NCBI GenBank assembly: GCA_965112735.1
Contig: OZ218956.1
Span: 1,674,001-1,738,000, forward strand
Reading direction: 5' to 3'
DNA: 64,000 bases
Source of the DNA: Phaeosaccion multiseriatum
Taxonomy: Eukaryota > Protista > Ochrophyta, other classes
Under the pieces are notes generated by a model. That model did no database searches, was not told where the DNA came from, and saw nothing but the letters and a program-made list of their open reading frames with translations. Positions 1-16,051 of the stretch are shown piece by piece. Every line of letters starts with the position of its first letter. Position 1 is the stretch's first letter. A program made the translations under genes and the position numbers.

Positions 1-1415
1 AGGTTGGGAGTAAGGCTGCTGGTGCCAACGCTGAGCCCGAGGACCCCATGCGTGCATGCAGCGGTGGAAACCGAAACCGTCTTACGCGCTCCGTGGCAGA
101 TGTGGGTTTGTATCTCCGCGTGTACAGCTTCCGCTACGACTCCTGGTATCGGTGCAGAGTCGTGGAGTATGATGGGAGGAGGCAGGTGAGTGAGGAGAGG
201 AAGGAAGGAAGGAAGGAAGGAAGGAAGGAAGGAAGGAAGGAAGGAAGGAAGGAAGGAAGGAAGGAAGGAAGGAAGGAAGGAAGGAAGGAAGGAAGGAAGG
301 AAGGAAGGAAGGAAGGAAGGAAGGAAGGAAGGAAGGAAGGAAGGAAGGAAGGAAGGAAGGAAGGAAGGAAGGAAGGAAGGAAGGAAGGAAGGAAGGAAGG
401 AAGGAAGGAAGGAAGGAAGGAAGGAAGGAAGGAAGGAAGGAAGGAAGGAAGGAAGGGAGGGAGGGAGGGAGGGAGGGAGGGAGGGAGGGAGGGAGGGAGG
501 GAGGGAGGGAGGGAGGGAGGGAGGGAGGGAGGGAGGGAGAGAGGAACTGTGTGCATGCGTGGACGCGTGCTGTCCGCTACTAAGTAGGGTCTCCCTTGCT
601 TATCACCTTCGCCCGGAGACTCAGACCATACCATACCATACTCAGACCAGACCAACTCAGACCAGACCATAGGGACGATCCATTCGCCTCCTCCTCCTCC
701 TCCTCCTCCTCCTCCTCCTCCTCCTCCTCCTCCTCCTCCTCCTCCTCCTCCTCCTCCGCCTCCTCCTCCTCCTCCTCCTCCTCCTCCTCCTCCTCCTCCT
801 CCTCCTCCTCCTCCTCCTCCTCCTCCTCCTCCTCTTCTTCTTCTTCTTCTTCTTCTTCTTCTTCTTCTTCTTCTTCTTCTTCTTCTTCTTCTTCTTCTTC
901 TTCTTCTTCTTCTTCTTCTTCTTCTTCTTCTTCTTCTTCTTCTTCTTCTTCTTCTTCTTCTTCTTCTTCTTCTTCTTCTTCTTCTTCTTCTTCTTCTTCT
1001 TCTTCTTCTTCTTCTTCTTCTTCTTCTTCTTCTTCTTCTTCTCCTCCTCCTCCTCCTCCTCCTCCTCCTTCGTCTTCTTCTTCACCCACGGCCATCCCCT
1101 GCCATCCCCGCCCTGCCATCCTCCTCCACTCGACAGATGCACTGCTGTCTATACGACATGGGCGGAGAGCGCCAGTGGCACGACTTGTCCACGAAACAAG
1201 TGGAGGTGGAGATGGAGGGCCGAGGAGGCCGACCAGCCATCCAAACACCCGAAGCAGGTGAGAGGGCTCATGTCGAAGGCCTCGTCAGCTCCCCGCATGT
1301 GTGCTTAGTTAAGGAGATGAAGCGCAAGCGGTCGGCCTGGTGTGAAGACGAAGGTGGACAGAGAACATCTTCGTTCAGTTGGGTATCATCCAGCGGCCCC
1401 CAATCCCTTACGTAA
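1..1415 (+). CDS. 3' part of a Tudor/Agenet-like domain protein (5'-partial; exons ~3-185 and 1137-1415)
   Basis: Phase-0 intron 186(GT)-1136(AG) joins VGLYLRVYSFRYDSWYRCRVVEYDGRRQ to MHCCLYDMGGERQWHDLSTK. This gives a Tudor-like pattern (VG-x-x-x-x-V-Y...WY-x-x-x-V-x-x-YD...H-x-x-x-YD-x-G-x-x-x-W-x-DL). The C-terminal end is uncertain (possible donor near 1258). Confidence 0.65.
199..538. repeat. (GGAA)n followed by (GGGA)n microsatellite, 5' half of intron
   Basis: Directly visible tandem tetranucleotides. Confidence 0.97.
687..1070. repeat. (CCT)n/(CTT)n microsatellite, 3' half of the same intron
   Basis: Directly visible trinucleotide arrays. Confidence 0.97.
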
Positions 1416-2258
1416 TCCAATCTTAAATCTTCCATTTGTCTGAGCAGATATCGAGATCGTGGATGTTCGAGTGCCCCGCTCGGCACCAGCCCCCGCTACG
1501 GCCTCCCCGCTCAGGTCCAGCAGCGGAAGATTTGAGTCGCCAAAAACAGCAGGAAGGAGAACGAAAACCTCAAAAAATGATCAACGGAATGACCGACGGA
1601 ACGACCGCCCTTGCACCGCAGAAGTGCAGCAACGGCCGCAATCACGCGGAAGTGGCAGTGTCCCCCCTGCCGGGCAGACAGGAGTGCCAAGAGGTGGATC
1701 AAGGAGAAGCGGCGGCAGCAGCAAGACTTCTCTCATGAGGGCCGCGGCCCTTGGCGACAAAATGGGCACCGTCCACCACGCCTATGCTCGGTGGTAGAGC
1801 AGGGAGGACGAGGGAGAGGAGGGGGGGGCTCTGGGCTCTAATAACTGTACTAAAATTAATTTTTTATGATGTTTTTTTTATAATGAATTAAATAAATAAA
1901 ACAAAAAAGCTAGGAGGGGAGGTTCTCGAGTTTCAAGTAGACCCAACCGCGCCCATGAAAGCAATCGTCCCTTCGTCAAAAGCTCGGTTAGGGGTGAATG
2001 CACGGCAAGGTAGGTACGTGGAGCGCCGCCTCCGATCATCCCACACACAGCAGCCCATCCATCTGCAGCACGCTCCACGTGACTACACCATCCAAGGTGC
2101 AGGGCATGTACTCCGCTCCATCATCTGACATGTGCAATCCGCTTCATCAAGTGACATACAACACGCCAAGTACATCGTGCTGCTACTGCTGTTGCTGCAG
2201 CAGCAGCTGCTGGAGCTGCGGTTGCTGTGCCAGCTGGTGGTGGTGCTGCTCGTGGCGG

Positions 2259-4249
2259 TTACAGGAACACTTGCAGCATTCCCGTAACCTGCCGCATGCA
2301 CAGAGGACAAAGTCTTTCGGCTTCGGCGGTCGCTCTCGCCTTCTGATCTAAGTGCTTGGTCTTGGGAAAGAGGCTGCCGGCACAGTGCTTGTGGAAGGGG
2401 CCATGGCTGCCCAAGGGGAGGGGAGGGGAGGGGAGGGGTAGAGGAGTTGGAGAGCATACATGCAAGGGTGAGGGCGAGCGCAGGAGAAGAGCGTAAAGCG
2501 GCAGTACAGCGAAGGGGTGAGAGAGGGGAGGGACGGGGGGGGGGGGATGCTCTCTCGAAACAGGAGGGGATTGAGACTGCTATCCTCCCGCCCTTGTACG
2601 CACTACACTCGTATTGGCTCTCCGCTCTCCGTGAGCAATAACCCAAGCAAAAGCAAAAAAGCGTCCCCAATTGGCAGCTACAGCCTGTGGTCTGAACGCA
2701 TAGCAGTGGCACACTTACTTACCCGCATGGGATAAACACATAGGGTGCCCCCTCGACCTCATCGAGGCATATGGAGCACTCCGTGAGCCGCCCGTCTCTC
2801 TCTTTCGGGGCCGCCTCTTTCTGCCGCCCTACCCCGCCCCCCTTCTTCCTGTCCTCGAGCGGCGGTGACTTCCCCTGTTGCTGCTGTCCCTGCCGCTGCT
2901 GCCGTTGCCCCTGCTGTTGCTGCTGCTGCGGCTGATCCGGCTGGGCGCGCTCATCACTCTTCCATCCCGGTCCTGCTACTGGTGTTGGCGGGGCAAACTC
3001 CGGCGCTTTAACGCTGAGTGTTGCTGCTGCTGGTGTTGCTGCTGCTGCTGGTGGTGGTGCTGGTGCGGTTGGGATAAACTGCGAAGCGTTTGCGCTCATT
3101 CGGGCCGCTGTCGCTACTGGTGTCGGTGGGACAAACTGCAGCGCATTCACGCTCATTGGTGCTGCTGGTGCTGCTGCTGGTGCGGATGGGACAAACTGCG
3201 CAGCATTCGCGCTCATTTGTGCCGCTGTCGCTACTGGAGCGGGTGGGACAAACTGCTGGAACTGGGCTTGCTGCTGCTGAAACAGCAGCTGCAGCCGTTG
3301 CTGGTGCTCCTGCAAGACCTGCTGCTGTATAAGCAACCGCTGTTGCTCCAACCCGTCGAGGGTCTGGGCCGTGAGGGCGCAGTTCGGGTTTTGACTGTGA
3401 ATCCGAGCCCAGTGGCTCGCGCTTTGCCCCTGATGGTTGCGCAACGTCACGTCGGCTCCGTGAGCAACCAGCTTCTGGACGACCGTACTGTGGCCTCCTA
3501 GTGCGGCGTAGTGAAGAGGTGTTGATCCCTCTTGGGTAAGGGCATTCGGCTCTGCTCCTGCTGAGAGAAGCAGAGTGGTAATGTCGCCGAAGCCTCGGGC
3601 AGCAGCCAAGTGCAGAGGAGTCATGCCCTGCATGTCTTTGGAGCTTACAAACGCCCCGTTTTCCTGTGAAGAAGAAGTAATGTGTCACGTGAGTGCGCCA
3701 CATAACATTGATCAACAGAGATGACTGACGCGACAACATGTCATCGGTAAGGGACAGCAGGCGAGTGGAGCTACGAACGCATTGGGCACGCGACGCGATT
3801 CGCTACTTACCAGAAGGACCTTGACGAGGTGAAGGGCACCAGCTGTACATGCGAGGTGCAGACAGGATTGCTGAGTGGCGTCCGCGCACACGTGCACGTT
3901 CACCCCCGCACTGAGAAGGTGTTGCGCCGTCTGCACATCCCCATGTAGACAAGCGGCATGAAGTTGCGTCTCGCCCGCGCCCGAGGATACGGCCCCTGTG
4001 GAAAAGAAAAGGGAAGAAAAGGGAAGAGGTATTGGGGGGAGAGATGAAAAAGGATTGCAATGGACGCAATGGATCGTGTACTAATTAAAGGGGCATACAT
4101 TAGTCAGGCGCACATGGGTTGGGCTACAAGGAAGGGCACATAGCTCTTCATTTTCCCCTGAAGGTGCGGTGTGTGACAAAGGGTCCGTCATTAGGAAGGT
4201 CGCCAAAAAAAAATTCACGCCCCCCCCCTCCTTCTTTCTTACATGACAT
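2259..4249 (-). CDS. Ankyrin-repeat / tandem PAM2-like / C-terminal RING-H2 protein, putative E3 ubiquitin ligase (exons ~4249-4243, 3995-3811, 3663-2723, 2406-2259)
   Basis: Ankyrin motifs GETQLHAAC, QQSCLHLAC, GMTPLHLAA, GSTPLHYAA; Q-rich linker; spliced RING CSIC...PCGHGPFHKHC...CPLC ending MRQVTGMLQVFL. Junctions are GT-AG and in phase. The start exon is uncertain. Confidence 0.85.
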
Positions 4250-4503
4250 CTTCACGTCGCACAGATTCCAGGAGCTGGTATTGCTGGTGGCACCTTAGCA
4301 GTCTCTGGCCCAGTCCTCGTATGTGAACCCCCCCACCGACGCCTTGATTTTTTTGTGAAGTGGGATACCAATCAAAATGGCGTCAAATGGCAGCCGACGG
4401 CTTGATTTGTTGGGTTCCCAACCATGCTCATCAGGAGGTTTTTTTCCATTTTTCATTTTTTGGTTTAGTCCTCTGGCGATGCGTAGAAGATAAGCTCCAG
4501 CTC

Positions 4504-7500
4504 ATGGTCTCCGCCGCTCCGCTGCTGCTGCTCCTGCTGCTAGCTCTGACGGGAGTGGTGAGGGATGCCGCAGGCAGGCCCATCCGCAGACAGGGGGGAA
4601 GAGAACTGGAGGAACATGAGTTCGTGGAAGAAAGGCCAGGGAATAATCACGGTGTGATTGATATACGTGTGGACGGAGCCGCAGCACAGGCGGCAGCGGG
4701 GGGGGGGTCATGGGAGGATTTTGTGGAGGTCGATTGGATGGAGGAGCAGGAGCACTGGAATCCGAATCGGAGCGGGAGAAGAAGTCTCTACAACGCCACC
4801 CGGGACAGCTCCTATCAGGACTTGCAGGTTAGTCTGGCGGTGTAGCACCCGCTTGCTTGGGTTCTGTTTTCATTGTGTACTGCTTCCCCTTTGCCTCCTT
4901 GTCCTGAACCAGGTCTTGCGGGACCTCATTCAGCAGAGGGCCGATCTGAATGTGTCGTCCAACTCCGTGGAGGCATGCACAGATCCCGCTGATGTGGAGC
5001 GCATTGCCGACATAATGCGCCTTCGCCAAAACGAGTGGGACGACCCGGACCGCTTTCTCGTGGGCGCCTGCGCCCGGCACTGGAACGAGGCGCACATTCT
5101 GCCGGAGTGGCTGGCTTTCCACTACGTTGCGGGTGTGGACCACATGATGATAATGGATGATAACTCGGACGACGACTGGCTGGCGACCCTGCAGCCCTTT
5201 GTAGAGGCGGGCTGGGTGGAAGTGTTTAATGCAAGCTTCAACCCCAAGGCGAGCGCACATGTGCATCAAATGGCCCCCGTCAACTTTTGCATTGAGCGCT
5301 TTCGGAGCTACAGCGAGGTCGCGGCCAAGGAGGGGGGGAAACAGTACGGGTGGATTGTGCAGGTGAGTGGAGGGTAGTTGCGGGCGGCAGGGACACTGCG
5401 CGACTCCGGAGGAGTCCGGAGCAGGAGGAGATGGTTTTTTATGTTCCGCTTGCACGACACGCATTGGGGATCGAAAGAAGTACACGGATGTAGTGTGCGC
5501 CTGCTGCCGCCCCCCCCCCCCCCCCCCCCCCCCCTTTTTTTTCTTCAAATCATTTATGAATGCTTACAAAGAGGTAGAGGTAGGGCAGTGCTGCACCAAG
5601 TAGAGGTAGGGTAGTGCTGCACCAAGTAGAGGTAGGTGGTGGTGAAGTCGGACACAAGGCCAACCACCCCGCCTCCCCGTTCTACCCCTCCCTGTGCCCT
5701 TTGTGGCTCTTCCTCTCCGCCTCCCCTCTCAGGTTGATCTAGACGAGTTCGTCATGCCCCTAGACCTCCATAGCACCATCGGCGCGGCGCTTGCCCACCA
5801 CAACGACGTTGGCTGCCTGTATGTCCCGAGGTGTAAGTTTGGAGCCAGGGGGCACCTTCTCTCCGCGCAGGGTCTCATCGTGGAGACGTACTTTCATCAC
5901 GCTTACCAATCGAGGTTTGATTGGCCCAAGGTGAGGGGGGGGGGGGAGGGCGCTCTCCTGATATGTGTGTGTGTGAAGTACCAACCGGTGAAGGAAACGG
6001 TGACGATGCAGAGCATGCGTCTTTTCTTGTCTCGGTATTGGCAGTTGGAACTCTGGGCAGACAAATCGAAGAGAGAGAGGCACACAGCCCCGGCCTGGGC
6101 CTGGCCTTTGGCGGAGGGGGGCAAGACTGTACAAGACTGTGCCCTCAACAGGACGAACGGGGTGAAATTCCTTTCTTATCTCTCGTCTTTCTACTGCCCT
6201 CCCCCTGCCCACCCCACCCTCTCTCCCCTGGGACGATCTGTGCATCTCCTTCCTTCCTTACGTACGCACTACAAACTACAGGTCTTCCCCAACCTACAGA
6301 GCCCCCCAGGGTGGGAGCCCTTTCCGTACATCAAGAACATGCACCTAATGCTTCCCAACAAGAAGTGGCACGCGCTTTGCAGGTGTGTGTGAAGAGCTAA
6401 GGGTGTCGCCTTAACTCACACCTCCACCCACCCTAACCACTACCAACACTGCCTGCTTTCCTCCTTCCTTCCTTCCTTCCTTCCTTCCTTGCTTGCTTGC
6501 TTCCTTACCTTGAGCAGGACGATGGAGAACAGGACAACGTTTCCGGAGCCCGGTAGTGAGAAGGCACGGGGGCTTGTCCGTATCAATCACTACCTCCGGA
6601 GTATGGAGGAGTACATAGTCAAGGTAGGGAGGGAGGGGGGAAAGGAGGGAAGGAGGGATGATGGAGGGGGTAAGGGAGGGGGTAAGGGAGGGCTGCCGTC
6701 CACACACACCTCTTGTCATATGCGGCTTTCCATCCATCCCATCTTGCCCGCCCCCTTCCCTTTCGCATCCCCATCGCCGCCACGCACACGCCTAAAGATC
6801 CAAACGTCGTGGGCTTCCACCAAGCACTCTGGAGAATCTCCTTCTCGGCCCATCAAGTGGATCATGACACAACACAACCCCGTCAAGGGGGAGAGCACAA
6901 AGTGAGAACAAGGGCAAGGGAAGAGAGATTTTCTATGGAGTGGGTGGAAGAACGGAGGGTGTACAAAAGAGAAGAGATGCCGTACAGGGTGGGTACAAGA
7001 GGAGAGTTGACAAGAAAAGGGAAGAGTAATCGCGGCTCTGTAAAAAGGGGGAGAGTACAAAGGAAGTAAAAGGGATGACACAGCGGAAGGGGAAGGGGGA
7101 GACTATACAACAAGTAGGTATTGTATAATGTTCTGTTGGGGAGCGAATCTTCAAAGGCACAAGTCCTTAAATAGGAATGGTCGAGTTGGACTTGAGCTTA
7201 GAAGGCAGGAACTCCTGGAATGGGCATGGTCGAGTTCGACTTTGCGGCGTGGTGTCGTAATCTTACTTAAGAGCTGTCGCTTCCGCTCAAAACCCACCGC
7301 CTCCCTCCCTTCCCCTCCCCTCCCCTCCCCTCCCCTCCCCTCCCCTCCCCTCCCCTCCCCTCCCCTCCGCTCCCCCTCCCCGGCCTCTCATCGCGCTCCC
7401 GAATGCTCTGTGGCAGAGAAATCACGCACTGGGCCTGTGCGGTAAAGAAGCTGCTGCTAGACTACAAGGTCAAGATGCCCCTGCCCATCCCACTCCAGCT

Positions 7501-7579
7501 GCCCGAGCATCTTGAATGCATTGTGGACAACAAGTCACGCAAGCGGATCTGCGTGCCCGGCTACAGCGGCCCAGACTGA
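4504..7579 (+). CDS. Secretory-pathway GT-A fold glycosyltransferase, family 92-like (exons 4504-4827, 4913-5362, 5733-5930, 6282-6382, 6518-6623, 6798-6901, 7417-7579)
   Basis: Hydrophobic N-terminus MVSAAPLLLLLLLALTG; motifs NEAHILPEWLAFHYVAGVDHMMIMDDNSDD, spliced WIVQ|VDLDEF (DxD) and RINHY. All junctions are phase-compatible. Confidence 0.85.
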
Positions 7580-7751
7580 CGGGGGTTACAGGTCCACAGC
7601 GGTGCTTCCAGAGGCCCGACGGACTGACTGGGGTTGGTTCAGTTCGTTCGCAAGGCTGACGTACTCTGCTGCTTGACTGACAGACTACTCTACTGCTCTC
7701 CCGGTGGTGGTTGTTGTTCTCGACCGACTGTTCCCCTTACATTCTGGCTGC

Positions 7752-7785
<34 letters not shown>

Positions 7786-8767
7786 GCTGCTACTGCTGCT
7801 GCGCCTGCTGTCACTGATTTCTCTCTGCCTGCGTCTGCCCGCTACTACTACTGCGGGTGGTCGGTCGCTGCTGCAGTCCATCGTCGGTGGTACACAGAGT
7901 GCTTCTGGCGTACTGCTACTACCTCACCGCCTCACCTCCTCCCCCTCCGGATGGGTATGTCCTGCGGTCTTTAGCTTGATGCGCACGCACGCCCACACCC
8001 CAGAATGTTTCTTTTTAATAGCTTCGAAGTGTACAAATATATCGAGAAGAAGAAGTACCATACTTGGTAGTGTTTACTGTAAATGGGGAGGAGTGGCCGA
8101 GCAAGTACGAGATTACATAACAATACACGATTTTGGCATCAATTCAACTCTCTTCCTAGAAGAAGAAAGAGGTGGCCATCACTTCAAGTCACGATCATAA
8201 GAGAAGAGAGGTGGCGTGGAGGCTAAAAATGGGTGGGGTGTAACGCCGGCGGAGTGCGGGGGAAAGACACAAGGGCTCTTGATTTCTTGATTTCTCCGTC
8301 ACAACTCTTCTGTGAGTGAGCCGAGCGGAAATGAGAAGCCCGCGATTGATTGCTTTGAATCTCTTATCCGCGTAGCAACCGTAAGCACTCGGCATTTGGG
8401 GCGTGGCGTGATGGCAGCTCCACTCACTGCTTCCTGCCCTTTCTGTGTCCCGTTCAAGTCTCCCACCTGGCCCACATCCCCTTCCTCCTAGCCTCGCAAA
8501 AAGCTCCCCAATTATAAAGCTGGGTGCTGACCCGGCAGAGGAAGAAGTGGAACGAGAAGGCCTGCTGCTGTTGGGCAACTGCTGCTGCAACTGCTGCTGC
8601 TACTGCTGCCGCTGCTGCTGTATCACCAACTGCTGCTGTTCTTAGAAGCCCCTCCCTCGAATCAAAAGCCCCAAGGCCCCTACCCAGCAGCTCTCTACTA
8701 CTGCCACAGTATCAGTCACTTAACTGCCTGTAACTGCCCTATAAAACGAAACGGCACTGCGCCATCC

Positions 8768-13900
<5,133 letters not shown>

Positions 13901-14419
13901 ATTGGATTGTGGATTGTGCGGTGGGAGAGAAGGGGGGTTGGGGACTAGAACTCAAATTGTTGACAAAGCTTTTGCCATTCTTCTGCCGATTTGCCAGCCT
14001 GTTGACCGCGCGTTATCTCTTTCCGCCTCGCTGGCCCTCTACGAGGAGTGCAACCCTTCAGGTGTGCTGCTACCCACTGGCTGGACGGTACCACGCACGC
14101 GCCCACGGTCACTGGGAGGCTGCCTAGAGCCTAGAGGCGGGCTAGAGGCCGCCTAGGACTGAAAAGTGAGCGGCCTAGAGCTAGGCGTGCGTGGGGCTGA
14201 CGACGAGCAAGTTCGCTACCAATTAAGGTGTCTGGCCATGGACAGAGAGGTTCTTCATCTGCTTCTCAAAGCCACTCATGCTGTCCGACTAAAGGTAAGG
14301 GAGAGAAGAGTGTTCAAACAAGGTGTGAGCGAGGTGAGAGGGACGACTTCTTAATTGAGAGGAAGGAGAGCCGCCGTCCAAGTAAAGTTTGGAGAGAGAA
14401 GAGGGTGCAAGCAACGATG

Positions 14420-14711
14420 TCGACCCCTGACGTGATTCTGAGGGGGGCGTAATTCGTGATTCAGGCGGCCGCTGGAGGCGTGATTCGTAACTCTGTGCAC
14501 CGCTGCAAGGCAAGCACGAATACTCGGCGGATCGGCGGTGCGCCTTCGAAGGCAATGAATGACGTATAAGAGTAGTGCGTAGCTAATAAATAAGTCAGGG
14601 AAACGTGATTCGTATTCCAGCGGCCCGGAGACATGATTCGTGATTCTGTGCACCGCTACAGGCGTGATTCGTGCTTCTCGGCGCCCTCCTCAGAATCACT
14701 TCAGGGGTCGA
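14420..14711. mobile_element. MITE-like non-autonomous DNA transposon A (292 bp)
   Basis: 30-bp TIRs TCGACCCCTGACGTGATTCTGAGGGGGGCG / CGCCCTCCTCAGAATCACTTCAGGGGTCGA (2 mismatches); 6-bp TSD ACGATG at 14414-14419 and 14712-14717; internal CGTGATTC repeats. Confidence 0.9.
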
Positions 14712-14763
14712 ACGATGAGGTGCGTGAGAGAACGACTTTGTACTTGAGACGGAAGGAGAGTGG

Positions 14764-15168
14764 TCGACCCCTGACGCACTATTGAGCTATCGCTATTGCC
14801 GGCTCCAGCCGGATCGCTATTAGCTATTGATGCGTGCCAATCATATAGCGTCGACCCCTGATACACTAGCTATCGCCACATTCTCGATAGCGCGCTATCG
14901 GGCCCTGGCGATAGCGGATAGCGCGCCGGCTGGCGGATAGCACGCCCCAACATGGATAGCGGATAGCGGATAGTGTATCAGGGGTCGAATAGCGCAGCCA
15001 GTTGTTATGCTGGCTGGGGGGAAGGGAAGGAGAGAAGGGATTGAATCGATTGAAGGGTCGACCCCTGACGCAGTCGAACGCAGCCACTATCGCCCACATT
15101 CTCGATAGCGGATAGCGGATCGGCTGGCGCCGGCGATAGCGGATAGCGGATAGTGCATCGGGAGGTTT
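14764..15168. mobile_element. Degenerate/partial copies of the same TIR family (left termini at 14764 and 15058; decayed right end ~15151-15168)
   Basis: TCGACCCCTGACGCA at 14764 and 15058; shared GATAGCG repeats and a CACATTCTCGATAGCG block also present in element B. Confidence 0.65.
14851..14988. mobile_element. MITE-like element B (138 bp), apparently nested in an older related copy
   Basis: Perfect 18-bp TIR TCGACCCCTGATACACTA / TAGTGTATCAGGGGTCGA; 6-bp TSD ATAGCG at 14845-14850 and 14989-14994. Confidence 0.9.
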
Positions 15169-15269
15169 AATGTTTCCTATATTGCACCAGTGGATTTTAT
15201 TGACTTGGGGGTATAAACAACATACAGTCAGTGAAAGCAAAAAAGGAGAGAGGAAAAAAGAAGAAACAA

Positions 15270-15490
15270 GGAGGAGGAGGAGGAGGAGGAGAAGCAGCAG
15301 GAGGAGGAAGAGGAAGAGGAGGAGGAGAAGGAGGAGGAGGAGGAGAAGCAGCAGGAGGAGAAGGGGGAGGAGGAAGAGGAGGAGGAGGAGGAGGAGGAGG
15401 GGGAGGAGGAGGAGGAGGAGGAGGAGGAGGAGGAGGAGGAAGAGGAGAAGGAGGAGGAGGAGGAGGAGGAGGAGGAGGAGGAGGAAGAGG
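15270..15490. repeat. (GGA)n-rich microsatellite upstream of the carrier gene
   Basis: Directly visible. Confidence 0.9.
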
Positions 15491-15628
15491 ATCAGTGAGA
15501 CGTCTTCTCTTGTCTCTTTGACTCGCTCCTAAAATGGTTGGCTTTTGAAAGAATGAGAGTGTTAGCGTTAGCCTCTTAGCCGAGTCGAGGTCCAGCACTA
15601 CTGGAGCTTGCACCGCCAACAGCTCAGA

Positions 15629-15987
15629 ATGCCGGTGGCAGGAGGCAGATCTCGTGGCGTTCTCTCATCGGCGAACCTTTTACCCTCATCATCATCGCCA
15701 CCTTTCCAAACAAGACCGGGAGCAGGAACAGGTATTGTGTCTGGAAGGGGGCGACGAAGGCCGAGAGTCGCCCCCTTGGCCCTGACAGGGTCGTGCGTGG
15801 CGCTTGTTGTGGCAGCAGCGGCCTCCCTTGTACCAGGGATGCGTCAGCCGGTGGTGCAAGCCTTCCAACTCGCCGGGGGCGGCTCTTCGTGGCCATGCCC
15901 AGGTGCGAGGCACGCCAGGGGTGGTGGTAGAGGTAGTGGTAGCTACAGCCGGAGCAGCAGGACATGTCGTCTGGCCGCTCGGCAGCG

Positions 15988-16051
<64 letters not shown>

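Noticed and set aside
48-1261. Long ORFs of RKEG, poly-E, poly-S or poly-K
   Set aside because: Translations of intronic microsatellites; only the flanking exons are coding
7634-8733. Leu/Ala/Cys-rich ORFs between the GT92 and Hsp70 3' ends
   Set aside because: Driven by CTG repeats, with no domain or splice support; likely UTR or intergenic
14420-15168. Possible CRISPR array or tRNA cluster
   Set aside because: Repeats are inverted pairs with TSDs rather than regularly spaced direct repeats; no cas genes or cloverleaf structure; eukaryotic context
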